Assembly (NCBI GenBank): GCA_938045545.1
Contig: CALIBN010000006.1
Location: 32,001-96,000, forward strand
From: an uncultured archaeon
GTDB lineage: Archaea; Thermoproteota; EX4484-205; JAAOZP01
DNA length: 64,000 bases
Direction: 5' to 3'
Shown here piece by piece: positions 19,664-28,970 of this stretch. Position 1 is the first letter of the stretch, and every line of letters starts with the position of its first letter. The notes below the pieces were generated by a model. The model was not told the origin of the DNA. It made no database searches and saw only the letters and a list, made by a program, of their open reading frames with translations. Made by a program: the position numbers and the translations under genes.

Positions 19664-20665
19664 TCACTCTGGCAATATTAAAATCCCCATGATTGACGAT
19701 AGGAATATCATATAGAGAACTAATAGGTAGAAGCCTTCTCTTAAGCCAAGGTTGCCCTTGTGCATTAAATACCATAAGAGTATGTTTGCAAGCGTTGAAA
19801 AAGCCACTAGGTCGGAGAAAACCTGGATGTTGAACCTTACTGTGGAGAGTAAAAGCGTTGCCCCCAGTATAAGCGTAATGTTCGTGAAGCAACTTCCTAT
19901 AGCATTGCCGAAGGCGAGATCAACATGTCCCTTCAACATGGCTTGAATGGACAATGACAACTCTGGGGCGTTTGTTCCTACAGCAATGATGGTTGCAGAT
20001 ATTATGGATGCCGGCACTCCGATTATGAGGGCGATTTTTACCGTTGAATTAACTAGAAGGTCTGCACCTACAATAACCCCGATTATACCCATTAATGCCA
20101 ACACCAAGTAAAGTATTAACTTGCTTCCCTCACGATTCTTCGCGATAACGGTCTCAGCGTTTTCCCCTAGAGGAAGTTCTCTCTTTAGAATTATTTGAAA
20201 AGTGTTGAAGGCGTATATAATTATCAGTACTAACCCGACGATTTTGCTAGCGGGCAGGAAGCTTATCAGGAGAATAGGGATAACGGATGCCGTGAATATT
20301 CCAAGGTATAGCAGGTCAAGCTCTTCAGGTTTAAACCCGACGGAGGGAAGTTTCTTGGATCTTGTTCTGAAAGAATATAAGACTAGACCTAATCCTATAA
20401 CCAGGCAAACGTTAGCAACATTAGAGCCTAATATGTTTCCTATAGATACTGGTGCTTCTCCCGATATTGCCGCGAAAAAGGCTACTGCAAGCTCTGGCAG
20501 GGTTGTTGATGTTGCCACTAGGGTGAAACCTATCCTCGACTTCCCTAAGCCGGTTATCTCCGACACTTTCACGATGTTCCTAATGGCTAAATGGCTACCT
20601 ATTACTACCAGTATCAGAGAAAAAACCATGTTTGCAATACTTAACAAAGGTTCGTACCCAATCAT
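19664..20665 (-). CDS. Ca2+/cation antiporter (CaCA, YrbG-like)
   Basis: Two alpha repeats: STTLPEL..GNILGSN and GTNAPEL..GNAIGS. Confidence 0.9.
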   Translation of the reverse strand: MIGYEPLLSIANMVFSLILVVIGSHLAIRNIVKVSEITGLGKSRIGFTLVATSTTLPELAVAFFAAISGEAPVSIGNILGSNVANVCLVIGLGLVLYSFRTRSKKLPSVGFKPEELDLLYLGIFTASVIPILLISFLPASKIVGLVLIIIYAFNTFQIILKRELPLGENAETVIAKNREGSKLILYLVLALMGIIGVIVGADLLVNSTVKIALIIGVPASIISATIIAVGTNAPELSLSIQAMLKGHVDLAFGNAIGSCFTNITLILGATLLLSTVRFNIQVFSDLVAFSTLANILLWYLMHKGNLGLREGFYLLVLYMIFLSSIMGILILPE

Positions 20666-20739
20666 CTTCCACTGTCTTGAAACAAGGGTTTAAAAGGTTT
20701 TCCTTCCTTTCAAACATTGGCAGGCAGCGTCAAAAGTAA

Positions 20740-21744
20740 TTAGTGGCTTTCCCAGACGAGTATGACTCCTAAAGCCTTCGTCCTGTCTTTCAACAGTTGC
20801 CCGTAGATTTCTGGCGCATCCTTGTAGGGCACTTTATGAGTTATGAGTTTTGAAACATCCAGCTCCCCGTTTTGAAGCATATCGAAGAAGAGTTCGACAT
20901 GTCTCCTCCTGCTCCAAGGGTTGTTCAGGGTTTCAACCGGCGGATGCGACATGTTGTGTGCACCTATTATGGTGAAGCTGGGAGCGTTACAGTAGTCGTG
21001 GAGGTCAATATACGTTGGGCCTCTCGGGCTGCTTAACACGACGAATCTTCCGAGCCTTCTCAAGCATTTAAACTCTTCAACAATCAGGTTTTGGTTTCCA
21101 GTGACTTCGAAGACTATATCTGCCATCCTCCCCTTGGTCAGTCTTTCAACCTCTGAGGCAACATCCTGCTTCAACGGGTTTATCTTGACGATGTTCCCGG
21201 GAAGGTATTCAAGCCTGTTATCTGAGACGTCGACGACTATAACGGGCATAGCGCCCGCCATCTTGCAAATCCTCGCGGTCAACTGGCCGAGTATCCCGGC
21301 GCCGTAGATTACGACCGATTCTCCGAATGAAAGCTGGCTTCTCCTGACGCCGTTCATAACGATTTCAGCTATCGTGAAGAACGAAGCCTCGTCCATAGAA
21401 ACACCCTGGGGGACGAGCATGATGTCCTTCTGGGAGGCTGAAACATACATAGCGTGGGGCGAGTATGAGGCAACGGTTTTACCTATTAGGCTCCGGTCAG
21501 CATCAGGGCCAGCGTCGACAACCATGCCTATGTTGTCGTAACCTGGGGTAAACGGGTATTTGCCGTAGTTTGCCCAGTACGACTGGGGAGGGAACTCGCC
21601 GCTTAAAATAGTGAGCTCTGTTCCTATGCTGACCAGGCTCCGCTCGGTTCTTATGAGAACCTCGTCCCCCTTGATCCGTGGAATCTCCTTGTCTTCAACG
21701 ATAACGGTTTTAGGCTTGGGAAACACTACCGTAGGGTTGTTCAA
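20740..21744 (-). CDS. Medium-chain dehydrogenase/reductase lacking canonical Zn ligands
   Basis: SLVSIGTE, YPFTPGY, GAGILG Rossmann motif, VFEVTG. Confidence 0.8.
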   Translation of the reverse strand: MNNPTVVFPKPKTVIVEDKEIPRIKGDEVLIRTERSLVSIGTELTILSGEFPPQSYWANYGKYPFTPGYDNIGMVVDAGPDADRSLIGKTVASYSPHAMYVSASQKDIMLVPQGVSMDEASFFTIAEIVMNGVRRSQLSFGESVVIYGAGILGQLTARICKMAGAMPVIVVDVSDNRLEYLPGNIVKINPLKQDVASEVERLTKGRMADIVFEVTGNQNLIVEEFKCLRRLGRFVVLSSPRGPTYIDLHDYCNAPSFTIIGAHNMSHPPVETLNNPWSRRRHVELFFDMLQNGELDVSKLITHKVPYKDAPEIYGQLLKDRTKALGVILVWESH

Positions 21745-21814
21745 CTCGTCTTAAACACTGTCTCCCGGTAAATATTCTTTTCCGTTTAGGCTGCGAGCAG
21801 AATGCGGGGAAAAC

Positions 21815-21821
21815 TTATAAA
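21815..21821 (+). promoter_or_regulatory. TATA box of gapN
   Basis: TTATAAA preceded by purine-rich GGGGAAAAC, about 29 bp upstream of ATG 21844. Confidence 0.5.
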
Positions 21822-21843
21822 CGTGTCATGGAGCCGGCTCCCC

Positions 21844-23370
21844 ATGGCTTCGAATAAGCTTGACGAAATAACTCTTCCAGACGAGTTCAAAGATTTTTAT
21901 GACGAGGAGGATGGTTTGAAGAGGTTCAGGCTTTTCATAGGGGGGAGATGGGTTAGGCCTGGAAACGGAAGATACTTCAGTGTAAAATCGCCTTCAACCA
22001 GGAGGGTTCTGGCAGAGGCCCCGCTGGGAAGCAGGAATGATGCTCTCCAAGCTATTTCGGAGGCGGATTCTTCAAGGAGTAAAATAAGGAACCTCGCGGC
22101 AATAGACAGGATAGAGATACTGGAGGAGGCGTCCAGCCTAATCGCCAAATATGAGGACTGCTTGATCAGTATTCTAGTGTCTGAGGCTGGTAAACCTTTA
22201 GCATACGCTGAGGGAGAGGTTAAGGCCGCCAGGGAGAGGTTGAGGCTCACGCTGGAGGAGGCGAGAAAGATATATGGGGAATACATTCCTGGGGACTGGG
22301 TCGACGATACTAAGAACAAGTTCGCAATAGTTCTAAGGGAGCCTGTTGGAGTGATTGCCGCCATCACGCCGTTCAACTACCCTCTTTTCTCACCGATAGC
22401 GAAGATTGCTCCCGCGCTTGCCTCCGGGAACTGCGTGGTCCATAAGCCCGCCAGCGACACTCCAATAATGGGGCTCGTCCTAGCCAGGATACTGCAGGCC
22501 GCTGGGCTTCCAGACGGTGTTTTAAACGTCGTAACTGGGCCGGGAGGCGAGGTTGGAGACACTTTTATTTCAGACCCAAGGGTGAGGGCCGTAAGCTTCA
22601 CCGGAAGCACGGAAGTCGGCTCCAAGATACCTGTTAAAGCAGGCTTGAAGAAGCTTCATCTAGAGCTCGGGGGGAAGGCTGCGGCAATAGTTCTTAAGGA
22701 TGCTGACCTTGACCTTGCTGCGGAGAAGATCACGTTAGGCGTCGTGAAGAACTCTGGCCAACGGTGCGACGCCATAAGCCGGGCGCTGGTTGTTAAGGAG
22801 GTTGCCGACGAGCTCGTCAGCAAGCTTGAGGACAGGTTCAGAAGCGTCAAGTTCGGCTATCCTTGGGAGGAGGGTGTTCAAGTCGGACCCTTAATAAACG
22901 AGAGGGCTTTAAACCATGTTGCAAGCCTCGTCGAAGACGCTGTCAGCAGGAACGCCGTCCTGCTGGTGGGAGGGAAAAACCACGGTTTGATCTATGAGCC
23001 TACTCTTCTCGACCACGTGCCGCTTGAAGCCAGGATTGCCTGGGAGGAGACGTTCGGCCCAGTCCTGCCAGTGATAAGGGTTAGGGACGAGCATGAAGCT
23101 GTAGAGGTTGCGAACAGGTCCAACCTGGGTTTAGACTCCGCGGTTTTCACGAACTCGCTGTACAGCATGTGGAGGGTTGCTAAGACTCTGCAAGTCGGCA
23201 GTGTGAGCGTTAACGATGCTCCAGCGCACGGGGTTGGAAACTTCCCGTTCGGCGGTGTGAAGGATTCAGGAATAGGGAGGGAGGGGCTTGGATACAGTAT
23301 TGATGAGTTGACGGTTATAAAAACGGTTTCCGTGAACCTTGCACCATCCGGGCTCTGGAAGGGAAGATAG
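21844..23370 (+). CDS. gapN: Non-phosphorylating glyceraldehyde-3-phosphate dehydrogenase (ALDH family)
   Basis: EYIPGDW, ITPFNYP, FTGST, LELGGK, SGQRCDA, EETFGP, PFGGVKDSGIGREG. Confidence 0.8.
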   Translation: MASNKLDEITLPDEFKDFYDEEDGLKRFRLFIGGRWVRPGNGRYFSVKSPSTRRVLAEAPLGSRNDALQAISEADSSRSKIRNLAAIDRIEILEEASSLIAKYEDCLISILVSEAGKPLAYAEGEVKAARERLRLTLEEARKIYGEYIPGDWVDDTKNKFAIVLREPVGVIAAITPFNYPLFSPIAKIAPALASGNCVVHKPASDTPIMGLVLARILQAAGLPDGVLNVVTGPGGEVGDTFISDPRVRAVSFTGSTEVGSKIPVKAGLKKLHLELGGKAAAIVLKDADLDLAAEKITLGVVKNSGQRCDAISRALVVKEVADELVSKLEDRFRSVKFGYPWEEGVQVGPLINERALNHVASLVEDAVSRNAVLLVGGKNHGLIYEPTLLDHVPLEARIAWEETFGPVLPVIRVRDEHEAVEVANRSNLGLDSAVFTNSLYSMWRVAKTLQVGSVSVNDAPAHGVGNFPFGGVKDSGIGREGLGYSIDELTVIKTVSVNLAPSGLWKGR

Positions 23371-23415
23371 TCTTCCAGTCTAAAAATTAATATTTTGAAG
23401 CGTTGCTATAGAAGC

Positions 23416-24381
23416 ATGGCTACAAAGGGGTTGCGAAGGATCCTAGGCTTAGTCTACGGGAGGGAGCTGCTATCCTATGATTTCGGCCCAGGCCACGTGA
23501 TGAATTCAGCTAGGCTTGAGTCCTTTTTCAAAGCCTTAGAGTCGTCTGGGCTGGTTTCAGACAGCAGGATTATTCTGATTAAGCCTAGGATGGCAACCAT
23601 GGAGGAGTTAGCTCTATACCATGACGAGAAGTATATCGAATTCGTGAAGCACATGTCTGCAGAGGGAAAGGGCCTGCTAGACCATGGTGATACTCCCGCC
23701 TTCCCAGGTGTTTTCGAGGCCGCTTCTCTAGTAGTCGGCTCCACGCTTGAAGCGCTGGACGCAGTCATGAGGCGGGACGTTTCATACTCCATGAACCCGA
23801 TGGGAGGATTACACCACGCGAGGCGCGGCAGGGCCGCTGGATTCTGCGTTTTCAACGATGTTGGTGTTTTAATCGAAAAAGCCAGGAGAAAATACGGTGT
23901 TAGGAAAATACTGTACGTTGACTTGGATGCTCACCATGGCGACGGCGTGATGTACGACTACTATTATGACCCGGATCTTTTCATCGTTGACTTCCATGAG
24001 AACGGCCGGTACCTCTACCCGGGAACGGGTTTCGAAGGGGAAACCGGCGGCGGGGAAGCTGCCGGGACTAAGCTGAACCTTCCTTTAAAACCGTGGGCGA
24101 CCGACCGGGATTTCGAGGATAAGATGGAGAGGGCTAAGCAGTTCGTGTCTAAAGCCTCCTTTGAATTGATGGTTTTTCAAGCTGGTGCTGACAGTATTGC
24201 AGGCGACCCTATTACACACCTGAAGCTAAGTGCTCAGGCGCACCTTCAAATTGTTTCTCTTCTTAAAGACCTATCCAGTAAATCAAGCATGTGCCCCCTG
24301 ATCGTGCTGGGCGGCGGAGGATATAATCCGAGTAACACGGCGGAAGTCTGGCTTAAAATAGTTAACGCCCTAATAAAATAA
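23416..24381 (+). CDS. Zn-dependent deacetylase (HDAC/AcuC family)
   Basis: GGLHHA..AAGFCVFND, DLDAHHGDG, YPGTG, GAD...DP, GGGGY. Confidence 0.9.
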   Translation: MATKGLRRILGLVYGRELLSYDFGPGHVMNSARLESFFKALESSGLVSDSRIILIKPRMATMEELALYHDEKYIEFVKHMSAEGKGLLDHGDTPAFPGVFEAASLVVGSTLEALDAVMRRDVSYSMNPMGGLHHARRGRAAGFCVFNDVGVLIEKARRKYGVRKILYVDLDAHHGDGVMYDYYYDPDLFIVDFHENGRYLYPGTGFEGETGGGEAAGTKLNLPLKPWATDRDFEDKMERAKQFVSKASFELMVFQAGADSIAGDPITHLKLSAQAHLQIVSLLKDLSSKSSMCPLIVLGGGGYNPSNTAEVWLKIVNALIK

Positions 24382-24423
24382 CGAGTGTACGAAACACTCC
24401 ATGGAACATAAATTGTTAAATGT

Positions 24424-25353
24424 ATGTGGATAGCGCGGGATGACCGAATGAAGATCGCGGTCTTAGCGGAGCTGCTTGCAGTATTCTTCTGGGCCCTGGG
24501 GAACATATTCGTAGCATATTTAAGCATGTTCTTCGACAACTATACGCAGAACTTTTTCAGGTTTGTCTCAGCCGGCGTGGCGCTACTGGTTTTCTCATTA
24601 TTATTTAAAAAGGAGGCTTATTTAAACTCTTTGAGAAGGCTGAAGACATTTTCAATCCCCATTGCCACCGTCTTCGCCTTCCAAATATTCATCGTGTACG
24701 GGATAGTGTTTACAACGCCAACTGTAGCAATGTTGATAACGCGCCTCAGCATCGTCTTCGTCGACATACTTGCCTTCCTCCTATTCCCGGAGGAGAGAGC
24801 AGCCCTTTCGAAGAAGAGTTTTGCAGCAGGCACTGTAATGTCTTTCATAGGGGTTACAGGGGTTGTCTTAACAGGATCAGGTTTTTCCGAGCCTGGAGGA
24901 ATGTTTCTCGCCGGCGTCGTCTTCCTGCTGCTGGCCTCAATACTCTGGGCGGTTTACACGGTTTCCATGAAGATTGCGCTCAGGGATTCAGACCCGCTTT
25001 CAGCGACGGCCAACATATTCCTGTTCTCAGGAATAATTTATCTCCCCTTCTCAACGCTAACCGGGGGAATATACGAGGTCTTGAAAGCAGAGCCGGCTGT
25101 GAACCTGCTGCTGGCCGTCTCAGGGATTCTCGCGATAGGCTTAGCAAACTTTCTCAACTATTACGCTATACAGAGGTTGGGCGCATCCCTGCCTGCAAAC
25201 CTTCAGATTCTCCTCCCGGTTTTCACCGGCGCGATGTCCATGATAGTGTTCCGTGAAGAAATGCAGCCCCTTAAAATCTTCTTCTCCGTCTTAACCCTGA
25301 TTGGAAGCTGGGTTATAGTTAGAGCTTCAGAGCAAGCCTTTCTGAGAAAATGA
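24424..25353 (+). CDS. DMT/EamA family transporter
   Basis: Two EamA repeats, about 10 TM segments. Confidence 0.85.
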   Translation: MWIARDDRMKIAVLAELLAVFFWALGNIFVAYLSMFFDNYTQNFFRFVSAGVALLVFSLLFKKEAYLNSLRRLKTFSIPIATVFAFQIFIVYGIVFTTPTVAMLITRLSIVFVDILAFLLFPEERAALSKKSFAAGTVMSFIGVTGVVLTGSGFSEPGGMFLAGVVFLLLASILWAVYTVSMKIALRDSDPLSATANIFLFSGIIYLPFSTLTGGIYEVLKAEPAVNLLLAVSGILAIGLANFLNYYAIQRLGASLPANLQILLPVFTGAMSMIVFREEMQPLKIFFSVLTLIGSWVIVRASEQAFLRK

Positions 25354-25452
25354 ATATTCGGCATAAGCCTCAAACAGCTTGTTTAAACCTGCTCAACATG
25401 CTTGGCTGTTTAAAATAGAAAAATTTATCCATACGGTTTTCTCGCCTAATGC

Positions 25453-26772
25453 ATGAGCAATAGGGATGACCTTGCGAAGCTGCTTTCAAACCTGCTGCAG
25501 ATAGATACGAGTAATCCGCCTGGGAATGAGAGTAATGCTGCCGGCTTTCTAAGAGACTGGCTTTCGGAGAGGGGTGTGGAATCTGAAATCGTGGAGTTCG
25601 AGAAGGGGAGGGCTAACCTGTTTTCCAGGATAAAGGGCTCCGGTGAAGGACCATCATTACTCCTGCTTTCACACACCGATGTTGTTCCTGCTGATCCAGC
25701 GAGGTGGAAGATTCCTCCTTTCTCCGGCGCTGTTAAAGACGGATATATCTGGGGGAGGGGAGCGTTAGACATGAAGAGCATGGTTGCCGTGGAAACCATG
25801 GTTTTCAGCGAAATGGCGGATAAGCGGTTGAAGGGCGACCTAGTTCTCTTAGCGGCGGCCGATGAAGAGAAGGGAGGCTTAGGAGTGAAAAAAATGCTTG
25901 AAAACTCTATGGGAAAAATTATTGCCGACTACGTTATAAACGAGGGCGGGGGAGAGGGGGTGCTCACCAAGAAGGGCTGGCTGTTCGATATTCAGACCGC
26001 TGAAAGAGGAGTCTTTTGGTTTCGTGTTCAAACAAGGGGTTCTCCGGCACACGGCTCAGTACCTGGGCTTGGCGTGAACGCTATAGAAAGGATGCGACCA
26101 TTGCTGAACAGGGTTTCAGAATTCAAGGGGGCTTGCGAACGGGTCGACCCGTCTTGGAGATACGTTGAATCCCTGTTGAAAATGATGGGGCTTGCAGTCG
26201 AGGAAGTGGATGTCAACAATATTGAGATTCTCCTGAATAAGCTGGCGGAAACCGATAGGGGTTTGGGAGAGTCTGCGAAAGCCATGCTTCAGGTTACGAT
26301 GACGCCCACAATGATTCAGGGGGGTGTTAAGGAGAATGTTGTCCCATACGAGTGTAACCTAACCGTTGACTGCAGAGTCCCCCCCGGATACTCTAAGGAG
26401 CGCGCGAAAAGCATGATTACCGGCCTGTTCCATGGCCTTGAATACGAGTTAGAGTTCATACAGGAGTCGGAGCCAACCGTCTCACCTGTCGACACGCCTC
26501 TGTACAGGGTGATTGAGAGTTCTCTCTTGAAGCAGGTTCCCGGAGCTAAGCTTGAACCCACTACTAAGACGGGTGGAACAGATTCAAGATACTTCAGGAG
26601 AATGGGCATACCTGCATACGGCTTTCAGCCTTTAATGGTTGAGGGAAACTATTACGAATGGTCAAGAATGGTGCACGGGGACAACGAGAGGATCTCGATA
26701 GAGAACCTGGACTTCTGCTACAGGGTTTTGAAACAAGTGGTCGACTCATTCATGTCGCCACACCACGGCTAA
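25453..26772 (+). CDS. M20 metallopeptidase/deacylase (ArgE/DapE family)
   Basis: SHTDVVP, GRGALDMK, ADEEKG, INEGG, GGTDSRYF, HGDNERI. Confidence 0.9.
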   Translation: MSNRDDLAKLLSNLLQIDTSNPPGNESNAAGFLRDWLSERGVESEIVEFEKGRANLFSRIKGSGEGPSLLLLSHTDVVPADPARWKIPPFSGAVKDGYIWGRGALDMKSMVAVETMVFSEMADKRLKGDLVLLAAADEEKGGLGVKKMLENSMGKIIADYVINEGGGEGVLTKKGWLFDIQTAERGVFWFRVQTRGSPAHGSVPGLGVNAIERMRPLLNRVSEFKGACERVDPSWRYVESLLKMMGLAVEEVDVNNIEILLNKLAETDRGLGESAKAMLQVTMTPTMIQGGVKENVVPYECNLTVDCRVPPGYSKERAKSMITGLFHGLEYELEFIQESEPTVSPVDTPLYRVIESSLLKQVPGAKLEPTTKTGGTDSRYFRRMGIPAYGFQPLMVEGNYYEWSRMVHGDNERISIENLDFCYRVLKQVVDSFMSPHHG

Positions 26773-26915
26773 AGCAGGGTTTCGGTTCACACTCCTATGG
26801 GGAATATCCTGCCGATTCCTATCGAGCCGGAGCCATAACGCTGACTATTTCTAAGAATATGGATGCGGGCAATTCGACTAGAGTTTTTAATCAAAAAAAG
26901 CGGAGAATATTTAGT

Positions 26916-27299
26916 TTAGATGTATTGTTTACAGTTGTAACAGTAGTATCTCTTATACTGAGGTATCCATGTTCCAGGCTTGCCGCACTTGGGGCAGAGT
27001 GGTGCTGCCGGTTGAGCAGCGGGGGCTGCGGCGGCCGGAGCCTGCTGCACAGCGGGTGCAGCAGCCACAGCCACTTGGGGTATTTCAATCTTTTTAGAAA
27101 GCAGGATAATGTCGCCAACAGTCTTCACGTCTCCCCACTCTATCTCAACCGTGCTGCCGGCTTTCGTCGAAATATAAAGCGTTATGCCTCCCTCGCCTGG
27201 AACAAGCCCTATTTCCTTAACCGTCCCTACGAAAAGGCAGTCGGGATCGTAAACCTGCATGCCTATTAGTTTCGACTGGGGAATACCTTTTCCACTCAT
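26916..27299 (-). CDS. PRC-barrel protein with an Ala/Pro/Gln linker and C-terminal zinc ribbon
   Basis: LIGMQVYDPD..FVGTVKEI...IEWGDVKTVGDIILL; CPKCG..WIPQYKRYYCYNC. Confidence 0.8.
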   Translation of the reverse strand: MSGKGIPQSKLIGMQVYDPDCLFVGTVKEIGLVPGEGGITLYISTKAGSTVEIEWGDVKTVGDIILLSKKIEIPQVAVAAAPAVQQAPAAAAPAAQPAAPLCPKCGKPGTWIPQYKRYYCYNCKQYI

Positions 27300-27500
27300 C
27301 GCCGCTAAAAAGCGCTGAGGGTCATATATTAACTTTCACGTTTTTCATCCAGATAAGACTTTTCCCGGCAGATAAACATTGTTGAGACTGTGCAACCATT
27401 TTTAACACCGTCAAAAGCGTTTCCGGCTGGGGTCAGTTTTTCCCCGATACGCCTCGGTGGAAAACTCTTTTAAAAAGAGCAGCCGGTCGAGGAGCATACG

Positions 27501-28739
27501 TCATAGAGATTTGGAACTGAGCTCCTCCACATTCCTCTTAACCTTCTCGAATGCCGCTATTATGTCATCCATATCCTCCTTGGAGCCGAGTAGCACGTTC
27601 TGAGGAAGCCATAAGCCCTCCGCGTAACAGGCTTTCTCAGCCACAGGCAGGCTTAGCTTAGAGTAATCCATTGAACTGCCGTAATACGGGCACGACAATG
27701 GGCATTTTTTAAAATATTCGAGGTACGGCTCCTTGTAAAGCGGCCTCGAGTAACCTACGCTTACAGGTATACCCTCAGCCTTCATCGCCTCGGAGAAAAC
27801 AGCCTTGGATGCTCCTCCAAAGGCTTCTGGGTCATACCTGAATATGTAGAGGTGCCAAGCATGCCTAGTAATCCTCTCGTCATCCTTCAGAGGCTTTAAA
27901 CCATCTATTTTAGAAAGCTTGCCGTTAAGATAGCTCGCGTTCTCCATGCGTCTCCTAGTATGCTCGTCCAGCCTCTCAAGTTGAGCTAGCAAGAGTGCAG
28001 CCTGAAACTCAGTCATACGGTAGTTGACCCCGGGAAGATAATGCTCGTACCATGCTCCCTGCGGGAGGCGGCCGCAGTTATGCAGGCTCCAAGCCTTAAC
28101 GTACAGCTCCTGGTTGCTGGTTACTATGATTCCCCCCTCCCCGCTGGTGATGTTCTTGCTCGACTGGAAGCTGAAGCACCCGAAGTCTCCGAAGCTCCCT
28201 GTCCTCCTCCCCTTCCACTCTGCACCCCAGGCTTGACACGCGTCCTCAACAACGCAGAGATCATGCTTCTCCGCTATCCTCATGACCTCATCCATGTTCG
28301 CCGGCCTGCCCCCTATGTGGACAGGAAGGATCGCCCTTGTTTTTTCAGTAATAGCCTCCTCTATTCTGCGGGGGTCAATATTGAAAGTATCAGGCTCAAT
28401 GTCGACGAAGACGGGTATAGCGTTAACATAAAGGATTGCTGTGGCCGTAGCCATAAACGTGTAGGGGGTTGTTATAACCTCGCTCCCACAGCCTACTCCA
28501 CATGCGCGGAGAGATATTTCGAGCGCGGTTGTGCCACTGGTTACGGCAACACCATACTTGGCATGCTGGTATGCTGCGAACTTCTCCTCGAGCTGCTTAA
28601 CATATTGCCCGCCTATACCCCACACGCCACTCTCCAAGACTTTTTTCAAAGCTTCAAGCTCGCTGCCGTCGAAGACAGGCCACTTTGGAAACGGTTTATC
28701 CCTAACCGGCTTACCTCCTTTTAAAGCTAGTTGAACCAT
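27501..28739 (-). CDS. DegT/DnrJ/EryC1/StrS PLP-dependent sugar aminotransferase
   Basis: SGTTAL, EDACQAWG, FSFQSSKNITSGEGG, NYRMTEFQAA. Confidence 0.92.
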   Translation of the reverse strand: MVQLALKGGKPVRDKPFPKWPVFDGSELEALKKVLESGVWGIGGQYVKQLEEKFAAYQHAKYGVAVTSGTTALEISLRACGVGCGSEVITTPYTFMATATAILYVNAIPVFVDIEPDTFNIDPRRIEEAITEKTRAILPVHIGGRPANMDEVMRIAEKHDLCVVEDACQAWGAEWKGRRTGSFGDFGCFSFQSSKNITSGEGGIIVTSNQELYVKAWSLHNCGRLPQGAWYEHYLPGVNYRMTEFQAALLLAQLERLDEHTRRRMENASYLNGKLSKIDGLKPLKDDERITRHAWHLYIFRYDPEAFGGASKAVFSEAMKAEGIPVSVGYSRPLYKEPYLEYFKKCPLSCPYYGSSMDYSKLSLPVAEKACYAEGLWLPQNVLLGSKEDMDDIIAAFEKVKRNVEELSSKSL

Positions 28740-28970
28740 GTCTTCAACCCTCTTCTAGCAGTATAAAAATATATCTTGAGAAAAACACCCCGCCACATGG
28801 GTCGACAGTTTTGCGAACATTTCAATCATGTCTCGCAACATTAAACAAAGGTCAAAACTGCGCTCCAACGCCTTTAAAAGTCCCTAGGGTGAGCTAGACG
28901 GAACTGCGGCGTAAAAAGCCTCATAGCCAGATGGCGTTAGCCGGGATGATTTCCGGTTTAAAGCTTAAGG

